Shown here: piece after piece, positions 26,789-39,463 of the stretch
Position numbering within the stretch: the stretch's first letter is position 1
Layout: the number at the start of each line of letters is the position of its first letter
Assembly (NCBI GenBank): GCA_951406725.2
Contig: OX597830.1
Coordinates: forward strand, 79,112,001-79,176,000
DNA length: 64,000 nt
Reading direction: 5' to 3'
Origin: Octopus vulgaris
Taxonomy: Eukaryota
Notes under the pieces: generated by a model
Seen by the model: the letters and a program-made list of their open reading frames with translations, nothing else
Told to the model about the DNA's origin: nothing
Database searches by the model: none
Program-made: the position numbers and the translations under genes

Positions 26789-27365
26789 TGGGGTTGGACA
26801 AAATAATGGAAACACCTTAAAATTTCAAACAAATTTATTTTAATATGGAGTAGGACTGCCTTTGGCAGTAATTGCAGCTTGAATTCTATGAAGTATGGAC
26901 TCATACAAAGTTTGAATTGTCTCCAAAGAAATTTTTGTCCCTTCTTCTGCTAAAACAGTCTCCAGTTCTTGTAAATGATGATGGTGAAGGATATTGACTC
27001 CTTACTTGTTTTTCTAAAATGCACCATAAATGTTCAACGATATTGAGATCAGGGGACTGTGGTTGCCAGATAAGATGTTCAACTTCACTAGAATGTTCCT
27101 CAACCCATTCAGTAACAACTTTAGCCATGTGAATTGGTGCATTATCATCGTGAAAGATTGCGTTTCCCTCCAGAAATAGTTCTGCAACCATAAAATGAAT
27201 TTGATCAGATAAAATGCTTAAATAGTCTTGACTATTAATTTTGCCATGAAAGGAAACCATTGGACCAGTGGATTTTCAAGATTGCCAGATCATCACAGAT
27301 CCTCCTCCATGTTTAACAGTAGGAAGAAAACTGTCTGGATCAAATGCTCCTTTTGGCTGTTTCCA
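26786..27365 (-). mobile_element. Tc1-like transposon 3' fragment (DD34E-type transposase)
   Basis: FHDDNAPIH...WQPQSPDLNIVEHLW; TIR TACTGGGGTTGGACAAAATAATGGAAACACC next to (TA)n. Confidence 0.9.
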
Positions 27366-27798
27366 CACATATATAGTAAAAAAGGAAAAAAAAAAACATA
27401 CTAAATCTACCAAAGTCAACATTGCCTTTCATCCATTCCAGCTTGATAAAATAAGTACCAGTTATTAAAAGGGATCAATGTAATCAACTTTCTTCCGCCC
27501 TGAAATTGCTGGCCTTGTACCAAAATTCAAAACCAATAATATTCTTGTCATATTAACCTTCTACCATGTCATCATGAGTCCTTTAATCTGAATGGCTTCC
27601 AGATTATAGGTAGCTTTTCAAAGATATATATATATAATAGTTATCGCCATACTAATATGGCATTCTTATAATAATAAGAATAAAGCTGTCCGCTTATTAG
27701 CTCCATGAGGCCATCGCCTTAAGTTAGCTATTTGATACACAAACTGTATCCATATAACCTTCGAACAAGGGAGGTCAGTCGCTCCACACTACTTGACC

Positions 27799-27849
27799 GA
27801 CAGCTACAGACGCGTTTCGGGGTATTGCCCTTTTCAATGTAGCATAGTC
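27799..27849 (-). ncRNA. Minimal type I hammerhead ribozyme, copy 1
   Basis: GCTACA-TTGAAAA-GGG caata CCCC-GAAA-CGCG-TC-TGTAGC (one G lost in stem II). Confidence 0.7.
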
Positions 27850-28159
27850 AGACCAGTAGGTGTCGCTTCTGACAATCTCTGTTCGAAGGTTTTATTTACC
27901 TAGTTTCGGTGGAATACATCCACTTGTTTTCAATAATAGAAATATTAAAATTACTAAGTCTCTCTAAAAGAGAACACGGCAGCGTTCCCGGAAAATAATA
28001 GTTATCGCCATACTAATATGGCATTCTTATAAAAATAAGAATAAAGCTGTCCGCTTATTAGCTCCATGAGGCCATCGCCTTAAGTTAGCTATTTGATACA
28101 CAAACTGTATCCATATAACCTTCGAACAAGGGAGGTCAGTCGCTCCACACTACTTGACC

Positions 28160-28211
28160 GACAGCTACAGACGCGTTTCGGGGTATTGCCCCTTTTCAAT
28201 GTAGCGTAGTC
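28160..28211 (-). ncRNA. Minimal type I hammerhead ribozyme, copy 2 (intact)
   Basis: GCTACA-TTGAAAA-GGGG caata CCCC-GAAA-CGCG-TC-TGTAGC; U3-A8 core, palindromic stem III, GUC site. Confidence 0.8.
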
Positions 28212-28420
28212 AGACCAGTAGGTCTTTATTCTTATTTTTATAAGAATGCCATATTAGTATGGCGATAACTATTATTTTCCGGGAACGCTGCCGTGTTCTC
28301 TTTTAGAGAGACTTAGTAATTTTAATATTTCTATTATTGAAAACAAGTGGATGTATTCCACCGAAACTAGGTAAATAAAACCTTCGAACAGAGATTGTCA
28401 GAAGTGACACCTACTGGTCT

Positions 28421-28472
28421 GACTACGCTACATTGAAAAGGGGCAATACCCCGAAACGTGTCTGTAGCTGTC
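28421..28472 (+). ncRNA. Minimal type I hammerhead ribozyme, copy 3
   Basis: As copy 2 but stem III CGTG. Confidence 0.7.
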
Positions 28473-28693
28473 GGTCAAGTAGTGTGGAGCGACTGACCTC
28501 CCTTGTTCGAAGGTTATATGGATACAGTTTGTGTATCAAATAGCTAACTTAAGGCGATGGCCTCATGGAGCTAATAAGCGGACAGCTTTATTCTTATTTT
28601 TATAAGAATGCCATATTAGTATGGCGATAACTATTATTTTCCGGGAACGCTGCCGTGTTCTCTTTTAGAGAGACTTAGTAATTTTAATATTTC

Positions 28694-28732
<39 letters not shown>

Positions 28733-28914
28733 ACGGGCTTCTTTCGGTTTCTGTCTACCAAATCCTCTCACAAGACTTTGGTCAGTCCAAAACTATATTA
28801 GAAGACACTTGCCTAAGGTGTCATGCAGTGAGAATGAACCTGGAACCATGTGGTTGGGAAGCAAGCTTCTTACCACACAGCCATGCTCGCGCCATATATA
28901 TACATATATATGCT

Positions 28915-28947
<33 letters not shown>

Positions 28948-28949
28948 GC

Positions 28950-28984
<35 letters not shown>

Positions 28985-28990
28985 CATATA

Positions 28991-30369
28991 TTCCACCTTT
29001 GTCGCTCCAGAGATTTGGCACCAATCTCAAATCATTCCAATACCCAAAAAAGGCGATTTGTCCCTCGTCACCAACTACAGGGGCATATCTCTAATGTCAA
29101 TTGCTGCAAAACTGTACAACAAACTGATCCTAAATCGTCTTGTCCTTTTTGTTGAACCTTTGCTCAGAAAGAACCAAAATGGATTCAGACATGGGCGCTC
29201 AACGCTGAGCCAGATACTATGCCTGCGCAGACTTATTGAAGAATCAAAAGCATTTAATCGCGATCTTGCAATGGTATTTGTAGACTTTTCTAAAGCGTTC
29301 GATTCTGTAGATAGGTACAAGATGTTTGAAATCCTTAAGCTCTATGGGATACCAGACAAAATTATTTCTGCCATCAAGGTCCTCTACACAGATACGTCTT
29401 CAACCATCTTAACCCCTGATGGAGAAACATCATCTTTCTCGATCGAGGCCGGAATACTGCAGGGAGACACACTCGCCCCATTTCTTTTCATCATTGTTGT
29501 TGATTATGTGCTACGTATGTCAGTTGATACCATCTCTGGCAAGGGCTTTGAAATAAAACCAAGAAGAAGTTCCAGACACCCAGCTGAGTACTTGACAGAC
29601 ACTGACTTTGCTGACGACATCGCTCTTATCAGTGATTCTCTCTCCAATGCCCAGTCTCTCTTACAATCTCTTGAACAAGCCTCAAATTGTGTAGGTCTTT
29701 ACCTCAATGAGACCAAAACTGAATACATAAACAAGTGCCTGTCCAACAGTGATTGCATCATCCACACTCTCAACAGTGCACCTTTAAATATGGTTTCTGA
29801 TTATAAATATCTTGGGTCATACATATCATCATCTGGAAAAGACTTTCTAACTAGAAAGGGTATGGTCTGGTCAGCCTGTAATGACATGCATAAGATCTGG
29901 TCATCAAATCTAAGTAGAGACTTCAAACTTGAAATATTCAAAGCCACAGTCGAACCAATCCTACTATATGGCTCAGAAACCTGGACGTTATCAAAGAAGC
30001 TTGAGAGGCGGTTGAATGGAACCTACACTCGCCTCCTTATGAGAGCTCAAAATCTCTCGTGGAGGCGCCATCCAACCAAAATGCAAATATATGGGAAATT
30101 ACCACATGTGTCATCTCTTGTGAAAGGTAGGAGAGTCCAGTTTGCTGGACATTGTTGTAGAGCTGAAAAAGAAGTAATTTCTACTCTTCTCCTCTGGAAG
30201 CCATCTACTCGCAACACCAGAGGGCGCACACTCTCCTACCCTGATGTAATCTCCAGGGATACAGGCATCCAGCAACAGGACCTCCGTAATGCTATGATGG
30301 ACCGTGAAGTCTGGCGCAACATGGTAAATTCCATTGTCTCGACCACGGTCGAACAATGATGATGATGAT
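28991..30369 (+). mobile_element. RTE-like LINE, 5'-truncated, uninterrupted RT-domain ORF (~455 aa) to stop at 30359
   Basis: PIPKKGD, NYRGISL, QNGFR, FVDFSKAFDSV, GILQGDTLAP, DFADDIAL, YKYLGS, LLYGSETWTL; (TGA)n tail; inserted in (TA)n. The N-terminus of the 516-aa track ORF is SINE/microsatellite. Confidence 0.95.
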
Positions 30370-30399
30370 ATATATATATATATAAAATCAAATCAAATC

Positions 30400-30655
30400 A
30401 AATCAAACCAAATCAAAATAGATGAACATCAATGGAATTTGTATCCTTGTGGTACCAGTGCCGGTGGCACATAAAATCACCCACTACACTCTCGGAGTGG
30501 TTGGCGTTAGGAAGGGCATCCAGCTGTAGAAACACTGCCAGATCTGACTGGCCTGGTGCAGCCTTCGGGCTTGCCAGACCCCAGTTGAACCGTCCAACCC
30601 ATGCTAGCATGGAAAGCGGACGTTAAACGAATGATGATGATGATGATGATGATGA

Positions 30656-30658
<3 letters not shown>
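30400..30658 (+). mobile_element. Family C SINE
   Basis: TGCCGGTGGCA..GGAAGGGCATCCAGCTGTAGAAA..CCATGCTAGCATGG..(GAT)n. Confidence 0.85.
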
Positions 30659-30689
<31 letters not shown>

Positions 30690-31146
30690 TTTATCTTTTG
30701 CTTGCTTCAATCATTAGACTCTGGCCATGCTGAAGCACTGCCTTGAAGAATTTTTTAGTCAAACAAATCAACCAAGCTCTTGTATTTTTAATTAATTTAT
30801 TTATTTATCTCTTATCTTTCACTTGTTTCAGCCAGTATACTGCGGCCATGCTGGGGCAACTCCAGTTGTCAAGCAGTGGTGGGGTACACACATATATATA
30901 TATCCCAGGCTTCTTTTTAGTTTCTGTCAACCAAATCCACTCACAAGGCTTTGGTCAGCCTGTGAGACTATATGAGAAGACACTTGCCCAAGGTGCTACG
31001 CAGTGAGACTGAACCTAGAACTATATGGTTGCGAAGTAAACTTCTTACCACACAGCCATGCCACTTGTATATAAAGACCAATACTGAAGGAATGCTCAAA
31101 TTCTTTTACTTGTAAACATTTCTGTGTGCGAGTGTTAGTGTGCATT

Positions 31147-31207
<61 letters not shown>

Positions 31208-31644
31208 TATATTTCACTATATATTGACATGTTTTATTTACGTATATGTCGTTTGTCTAGGTAAGTATGCATCATGCCATTGGAATTCTACGCAGTTTTA
31301 TTCTTTTGAATTCCCACGTTAAAATTTGTGACAATGTTGCTGAAATATTTCTTGCTCCACTGCACTTTTCTCATTATTTCAAACCTTGAACTCATAAAGA
31401 AAAAAATATTCACACCTTTGTGACTCCAGTCAAATGCAGACATATCTATACACAATCCACGCATCCATAATACAGGCACACCCATTCATACTTAAACCTA
31501 CTCATATTGAAGCAATCCCATTCATATACAAAACAAACCAACACATTCATATATGGACACAGACATTCACATATAAACACTCGCACATTCTTATAGAAAC
31601 CCACATGATTACAATAAATAAAGGATTTACTCTTTATTTTTTTT

Positions 31645-32071
31645 TTTTTACTCTTTTTACTTGTTTCAGCCATTTGACTGTGGCCATGCTGGAGCACCAC
31701 CTTTCATCGAGCAAATCGATCCCAGGACTTATTCTTTGTAAGCCTAGTACTTGTTGTATCGGTCTCTTTTGCCGAACCGCTAAGTTACGGGGGACGTAAA
31801 CACACCAGCATCGGTTGTCAAGCGATGTTGGGGGGGGGGGAGACAAACACAGACACACAAACATATACACGCATACATACATATAAATACATATATATAC
31901 ATATATACGACGGGCTTCTTTCAGTTTCCGTCTACCAAATCCGCTCACATGGCTTTGGTCAGCCTGAGGCTATAGTAGAAGACACTTGCCCAAGGCGCCA
32001 TGCAGTGGGAATGAACCTGGAACCATGTGGTTGTTAAGCAAGCTACTTACCACACAGCCATTCCTGCGCCT
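31645..32071 (-). mobile_element. CORE-SINE family B, near consensus
   Basis: Full structure on the minus strand. Confidence 0.88.
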
Positions 32072-32073
32072 AA

Positions 32074-32106
<33 letters not shown>

Positions 32107-32145
32107 CGATGATGATGATGATGATGATGATGATAATAATAATAA

Positions 32146-32510
32146 GCTTTTCTTTATTGGCCACAAGGGCTGAACACAAAACAAAAAGGGTTGATACAAT
32201 ACAAGGGACAAGTGGGGCTTAGCATAATACATAAAAAAATAAAATGAAACAATAAAAATTAGCAACAAAAATTTAACAATAAAACTCTCCAAACGGTAGG
32301 GAGTTTCTCCCAGGGGGCAACCAAGGAATCCTATACATCCTGCTCACCCCAACCAACAAAAGCACCTCAGGCAGGCACCTCACTCCTTCTCGACCCTTCT
32401 CAACCTTACAAGCATATGTTCAGAGTAGGCCAATTCCCACAGGCCATATTTGCCACATTCACCCACCTTTCAATAGAAATCCTGGGCCTGAAACACATGT
32501 AACCCATTCA
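32146..32510 (-). mobile_element. L1/Tx1-like LINE 3' end
   Basis: RWVNVANMA..stop, T-rich UTR, CAGCCCTTGTGGCCAATAAAGAAAAG end. Confidence 0.5.
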
Positions 32511-32946
32511 AAAGCACACAAAGTGGGCTAATTTCACTTAAACATTTATTATTTGGTCCAACCCATGCTAGCATGGAAAATGGACGCTAAACGATGATGA
32601 TGATGATGATGATATTTATTACTGGGTGTCAAAGTTTTTCATTGCATGAAATGTTAATTGGCCACTGACATGATTACATTGTAGGTAGTACAACAAGAAT
32701 GTCTTGAATATAATAAAAACAACAAAAGGAGTGGGACTGAGGGACAGTCAGAGATGTTAAATGAAGGTGAACTATAGTAAAAGGTTTCGCTCTGAAGTTG
32801 CTGGTATTTTAATTAAAATAAAATGCAAATTTTTATTGTAAATTGCATTTAGTCTATCAGTTTCACACATACACACATATATATACACAAGCATATATAT
32901 GAAATTAAATATCAAACTTTTTTGTTTTCAAAATATTATGATTCAC

Positions 32947-33069
<123 letters not shown>

Positions 33070-33176
33070 ACGGTCACTACCACATCGATATTTTCCCTCT
33101 GCCGTAAGGCTTCACTTCCACACACACCAGCTGAATTCAATTTGTCCCCAGTCGAAAGATGCCTGTTGTTATGTCC

Positions 33177-33224
<48 letters not shown>

Positions 33225-33547
33225 CATTATTGTTATTTTTATTGTATTTTTGCATTTATATTCGTGTAACATTGTCTGCTTTTCCGTCCTTGTTTTTGTA
33301 CACATTCGATGCTTTCTTCCAAGGAACCTAATGCTCTTAGCTTAGTTTTTCCTTGGTACTGGTCAGATTGGAGCAATCTCAAGATTAATCAGCCGAAATT
33401 GCAAGGATGATCTGGTTCTTGACTGAAGATAAAAGGCTTCGAATGACCCGTCCTTGTTTTTTTGCATTGTCTATCTGGATGTTTTGTTGTACCTTTTCCT
33501 ATCACCTGGTTGTCCGGATGTTTTGCGTTCTTGTCCCATTTTGTATT

Positions 33548-33582
<35 letters not shown>

Positions 33583-33693
33583 TATGTATGTACGAATGTA
33601 TGTATGTATGTATGTATGTATGTAAGGGTCTGCTAAAAAGTTCATAGGCTGAAAATTCTTCTGAAACAAGTAAAACATAAAAGATATACACAA

Positions 33694-33731
<38 letters not shown>

Positions 33732-34243
33732 ACACATATACATACATATATGTACATTTGTTGTGGGAGGAATGAGTTTATCAGAGGAACCAGAGAAGAG
33801 TTGGTGATTAGTGATAGGGTAGGGTGACTGTGTGTGTGTGTGGTAGGAGGGGGGGGCGTGACATGGAGTATTTTCTATTTTGTACTTCAGGTGGAACCGT
33901 TGTTGGTTGATAAGCAGATGGCATAGAAAAAGTGTGTATTTTGGGTTGTCTGCTATATTTGGAAGTTTTTGAGAAGTCTGAGATAGATTAAGAGGCAGTG
34001 GAACAGTTGGGTAGAGACAAAGCTACAGAGATAGAGATAGAGAGAGAGAGAGAGAGAGCAAAGATGAGGGGGTGGTGGATAAAAGAGTGAATCAAAGAGA
34101 GGAGTAGGGAGGGGGACAAGGATAGACAGAAAGTGATAACAAAATTGATCGCTTGGTTGAGACATCAACAAAGAGCAAAGGAAAAGAGAATATGTAAGAA
34201 ATAGAGAGAGAGGAGAAAGAAAATTAGCTTTGGTGTGTTTGTA

Positions 34244-34276
<33 letters not shown>

Positions 34277-34364
34277 AAGAGAGACTGTGTAATGTGTGTT
34301 GGAAGAGACAGAGACAGAGAAACACACACACATACATACATATGTATGAGAGAGAAAGAGAGGG

Positions 34365-34416
<52 letters not shown>

Positions 34417-35553
34417 TGAGGGATTTTGCTGTATGTGTGAGTTTGTTGGAGAAAGTGTGAGCGGGACAAGAGTGAAACTACTTGTGTGCCAGCATGTATG
34501 TAAAAAAAAAAAATGGGAGGGAGAGAAAATTTTCAAAGAGAGTAGCCAAAGAAGTGATAAGGATGAAATGAAATTTAAATGAGACAGGGAAAGGATCTAG
34601 GTCTGGAGGGGGTTATATATATATATATAGCAGTGATAAGGTTTTCTTTAGGGGTCATTAAGTAGATAAACATGATAGGAATTGTAGTGATGGTGACATT
34701 AGAGAAGGTGGAAGCAACATATCCTCATTTTCTTAGCTCTGACTAAATGGAAGGGAAAGGGTTAAAAAACAGTATATATATATATATATATATACAAGCA
34801 TAATGAAAGAGAAAGGGGTGGGAGTGAGAGAAAATATGAGGAAAGAAAGAAAAAAGACAAAAAAAAAAAATTAAATAGATTTAAAGATTGAGACGTGTGG
34901 TTTCTTAGTTCTTCAATGGTGGACCATATTTCTACAAGAAGTCTCTGCAGAAAAGGATCAGAGAATGTAAATGCAACTAAATGAAGTAGAACAAGATTTT
35001 AAGACTAAGATTCCTTGCTAAAAAAGTAGGGGTTATCTTTGTGGATCCTTTGGAAGTATTCTTCATTTTGAATCATACTCATTGTGTGGTCCCCCCCCCC
35101 TTTGGAGCCCTATGATACCAACCTACCTGAGACAAATCCTGGCTCTGTGATACTCCATAGTTTTAATGGGACCGAAATTAAAACAGTCTCTCCAAATTTC
35201 GTGTTAATTTACGTTTCAAACATCAGCTTAGCAAACGTCTCCAGTCTGATCTGGCAGTGTTTCTACAGCAACTTCCTAATGCCAGCAACTTCCCAGCAAC
35301 TTCCTAATGCCAACCACTCCATGAGTGTAGCGGGTGCTTTTTACATTGCCACCGGCACAGGGGCCAGAGGAGGCTGGCAAATGGCCACGATCGGTTGGTG
35401 CTTTTACGTGTCACCAACACGGACGCCAGTCAGGCGGCACTGAAAAATATACAATCACATCATTGAAATCTTAAAGCTCCAAGATAATGCATGATTAATT
35501 CAAACCAGTGCATTTGATGGAGTAATCTGAATGCTAAAAGGTTAAATATGCAT

Positions 35554-35589
<36 letters not shown>

Positions 35590-35810
35590 TTATGTTGCTT
35601 CTTACTTTATTCTGATAACGGGTTCACCTGATATGCTGTCACCACCAACGCAAATGACAAGTGCTTGTAAAATATAGTCTATAAAAGTAATTAAGCTATT
35701 TTAATTAATCTAGTAGTTACCATGTGTAAACAATGCTTATAAAATACACTATAAAAAAAGTAATTAAATCAGTTTAATAAACCTTATAAAATTATAAAGC
35801 ATGTAATTAA

Positions 35811-36030
35811 CCCTTTAGTGTTTAAACCGGCCATATCCAGCCCAAATATTCTACATGTTTTATATTCAAATGGGCGATATGTAGCCTCTCACACCTAACC
35901 TACATTAACATTCTAAAAATAAACAATCACATCATTAAAACCCCAAAGCTATAAGATAATGCTTTATTAATTCAAACCAATTTGAGTAAAAAAATATTAC
36001 ATTTAACAGAGTCATCTGAATATTAAAGGG
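35811..36030. mobile_element. piggyBac-type MITE
   Basis: TTAA|CCCTTTAGTGTT...AATATTAAAGGG|TTAA. Confidence 0.88.
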
Positions 36031-36129
36031 TTAACTCACTTTAATTAACCTTAGTAGTCACCTCTGCTTCATACCAACTGCTAAGATGTTTCCAGGTCTT
36101 TTACATTACTGGAAGTCAGAGTCCCAGTT

Positions 36130-36359
36130 CTTTTATTCTTTTACTTGTTTCAGTCATTAGACTGCGACCATACTGGAGCAGCACATCAATGGGTTTTAGT
36201 TGAACAAACTGACCCCAGGACTTATTCTTTGTAAGCCTAGTACTTATTCTTTCGCTCTCTTTTGCCAAACTGCTAAGTTACAGGTTCATAAACACACCAG
36301 CATTGATTGTCAAGCAATAGCGGGGGGGGGGGGAACAAACACAGACACACACAATACAT

Positions 36360-36393
<34 letters not shown>

Positions 36394-36556
36394 GACAGGC
36401 TTCTTTCAGTTTCCATCTACCAAATCCACTCACAAGGCTTTGGTCGGCCTGAGGCTATAGCAAAAGACACTTGCCTAAGGTGCCACGCAGTGGGACTGAA
36501 ACCGGAACCATGTGGTTAGTTAGCAAGCTACTTACCACACAGCCACTCCTACGCCT
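36130..36556 (-). mobile_element. CORE-SINE family B
   Basis: Full structure on the minus strand. Confidence 0.85.
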
Positions 36557-36777
36557 AAAACTTCTACTCAGCAGAAGGTACCTTCATGGTTCACCAGAAG
36601 AGAGGGTGACTACCACAATGTATTGTGAAGTGCAAAGAGCAAGATGAGGCAAGACATCTTGGGATATCTACTACATCAGTTTCCATCCCCAGTTGCCTTG
36701 ACTTGATCTTGCAACTGGAATGAAGATGGTCATGGATGAGCAACTGACGTTGACAGTATATAACACTTGGTATAAAT

Positions 36778-37008
36778 GGCGGCGAGCTGGCAGAATCGTT
36801 AGCACGCCAGGCGAAATGCGTAGCCGTATTTCGTTTGCCGCTACATTCTGAGTTCAAATTCCGCCGAGGTCAACTTTGCCTTTCATCCTTTCGGGGTCAA
36901 TTAAATAAGTACCAGTTACGCACTGGGGTCAATGTAATCGACTTAATACCTATGTCTGTCCTTGTTTGTCCCCTCTGTGTTTAGTCTCTTGTGGGTAGTA
37001 AGGAAATA
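36778..37008 (+). mobile_element. Family A SINE
   Basis: 16-bp TSD AGTATATAACACTTGG (36755-36770, 37009-37024). Confidence 0.92.
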
Positions 37009-37420
37009 AGTATATAACACTTGGGACCTTAAACAAAGACACTACACAAGTCATCAGTCATTATTAAGGATTGCTAGATGGGCCTCATCACTCATCACTC
37101 TGATGTATAAACATGACTTCTAGTTGCTCTTCTGCTCTACTCTGCTTTATGTCTTACATATTACAATGTATCTTTTATCTTTTACTTGTTTCAGTCATTA
37201 GACTGCGGCCATGCTGGGGCACCAACTTGAATTTTTAGTCAAATGAAACAACCTCAGTACTCATTTTTTTTACTTAAGTCTAGTACTTATTCTGTCAGTC
37301 TCTTTCGCCAAACTGCTAAGTTATGGGGATAGGTAAGTGGTGATAGGGGACAAACACAGACACAAAGGCAAACACTCACGCACATATATATATACACATG
37401 ACAGGTTTATTTCAGTTTCT

Positions 37421-37836
37421 TACTTCTTTACTGCCCACAAGGGGCTACACACTGAGGGGACAAACAAGGACAGACAAACGGGTTAAGTCGATTATATCGA
37501 CCCCATTGTGTAACTGGTTCTTATTTAATCGACCCCGAAAGGATGAAAGGTAAAGTTGACCTCGGCGGAATTTGAACTTATATATTTAGCGGCAGACGAA
37601 ATACCTATTTCTTTACTACCCACAAGGGGCTAAACACAGAGAGGACAAACAAGGACAGACAAACGGATTAAGTGGATTATATCGACTCCAGTGCATAACT
37701 GGTACTTATTTAATCGACCCCGAAAGGATGAAAGGCAAAGTTGACCTCAGCGGAATTTGAACACAGAACATAGTGGCAGACGAAATACTGCTAAGCATTT
37801 CGCCCGGCATGCTAACGTTTCTGCTAGCTCACCGCC
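37421..37836 (-). mobile_element. Family A SINE dimer nested in a family B copy (37172-37990)
   Basis: 15-bp TSD TTTATTTCAGTTTCT (37406-37420, 37837-37851). Confidence 0.88.
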
Positions 37837-38257
37837 TTTATTTCAGTTTCTGTCTACCAAATCTACTTACAAGGCTTTGGTCAGCCTGAGACTATAGTAA
37901 AAGACACATGCTCAGGGTACCATGCAATGGGATTGAGCCAAGGACCATGTGGTTGAGAAGCAAGCTTCTTACCACACAGCCAGGCCTGTACCTTATAGTG
38001 AACTATAATTTTCCATGTAAATCATTCTTATTGGGTTTAGAAAAGGGCCATCATCATTACCATCACAGCCACAACAACCACTACAACCACAACCATCAGC
38101 ATCACTATCATCATCATCATCACTATTAACTCAATCATCTTGCCACCATCACCATCCTCACAACCTACCACCAACACCACTGTTAACATTATCACTGGCA
38201 CTACATACAGTCAACAACATCATCACCAACTCTATCAACCCAACTATGACCACCACA

Positions 38258-38318
<61 letters not shown>

Positions 38319-38457
38319 TCAACACTACCATCATCACCACCAGCATTGCTACTATTAACATGACCATCACTATGATCACTACCATTGCCATCCCCACTGC
38401 CACCACCACCTTCATCATCCCCACCATCAAAACCATCAGCATCAGCATCTCTTAGCC

Positions 38458-38502
<45 letters not shown>

Positions 38503-38761
38503 TTCTTTTGAAATTGAGGAGTTTAACATGGGGCAGTCTCTCCCACCCCACCAACCCTCTATCTTATCAACATCAACAGATTTACTTTATGTGATGGTAG
38601 AGGTGTCGGGTGTGGGGGGGTCTGCAGGTGAAGTCAGGGTAGCAAGAGCATGGGTGGGAAGATGATCATGTATGTGTGTGTGTGTACTTGTGTACATGTG
38701 CATATGTAAGTCTGAGTGTACAAATCTGTGTGTGTGGATGTGTTTGTACATGTGTGTGTGG

Positions 38762-38799
<38 letters not shown>

Positions 38800-38868
38800 C
38801 TAACCCAGTGTTGTTTCGAGTGAATATGAGTATGGAAATCGTATATTATCTCTTTATCTATCTATCTT

Positions 38869-38904
<36 letters not shown>

Positions 38905-39032
38905 ATCCAGAGCAAGAGAGAGGGAGAGAGAGAGAGATGTACTCCTTCTCTCTCTCTGTATATGCCATATGCATGTATGTATGCACGTATATATATATAT
39001 ATACATGTATGTATGTGTATGTATATGTATAC

Positions 39033-39176
<144 letters not shown>

Positions 39177-39463
39177 GAGAGAGAGAGCGAGAAAGATAGA
39201 AAGAATATGTGTATGGGTGTATTTAAGAGTAGATGTATTTGTGTGTACATGTGAGTGAATGTATTTGCAATCAAGAAGAAAGGTAGGGCTGGGGGAGTCA
39301 CCCATAACAGATGCTGTTTTCATTTCACCACTCAGCCACCTCAGGACAACTGGCAGCAGCAGAAAGCACCAGGCATAATAATAATAATGGTAGCAGGATT
39401 TACACTGATTTATATATAAAAGGTTTCACTGTGGGTGGCTAGCAATATATATATGAGTATATA

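Larger units (their letters stand above)
27634..28699. mobile_element. Hammerhead-bearing 361-bp unit in tandem plus inverted array (Penelope pLTR / retrozyme-like)
   Basis: Period 361 (TTATCGCCAT at 27641 and 28002); inverted from 28224 with period 362; flanked by (TA)n; no ORF. Confidence 0.85.

Noticed and set aside
28809-28990. N-terminus of the 516-aa ORF
   Set aside because: Antisense SINE head plus (TA)n fortuitously in frame with the truncated RTE
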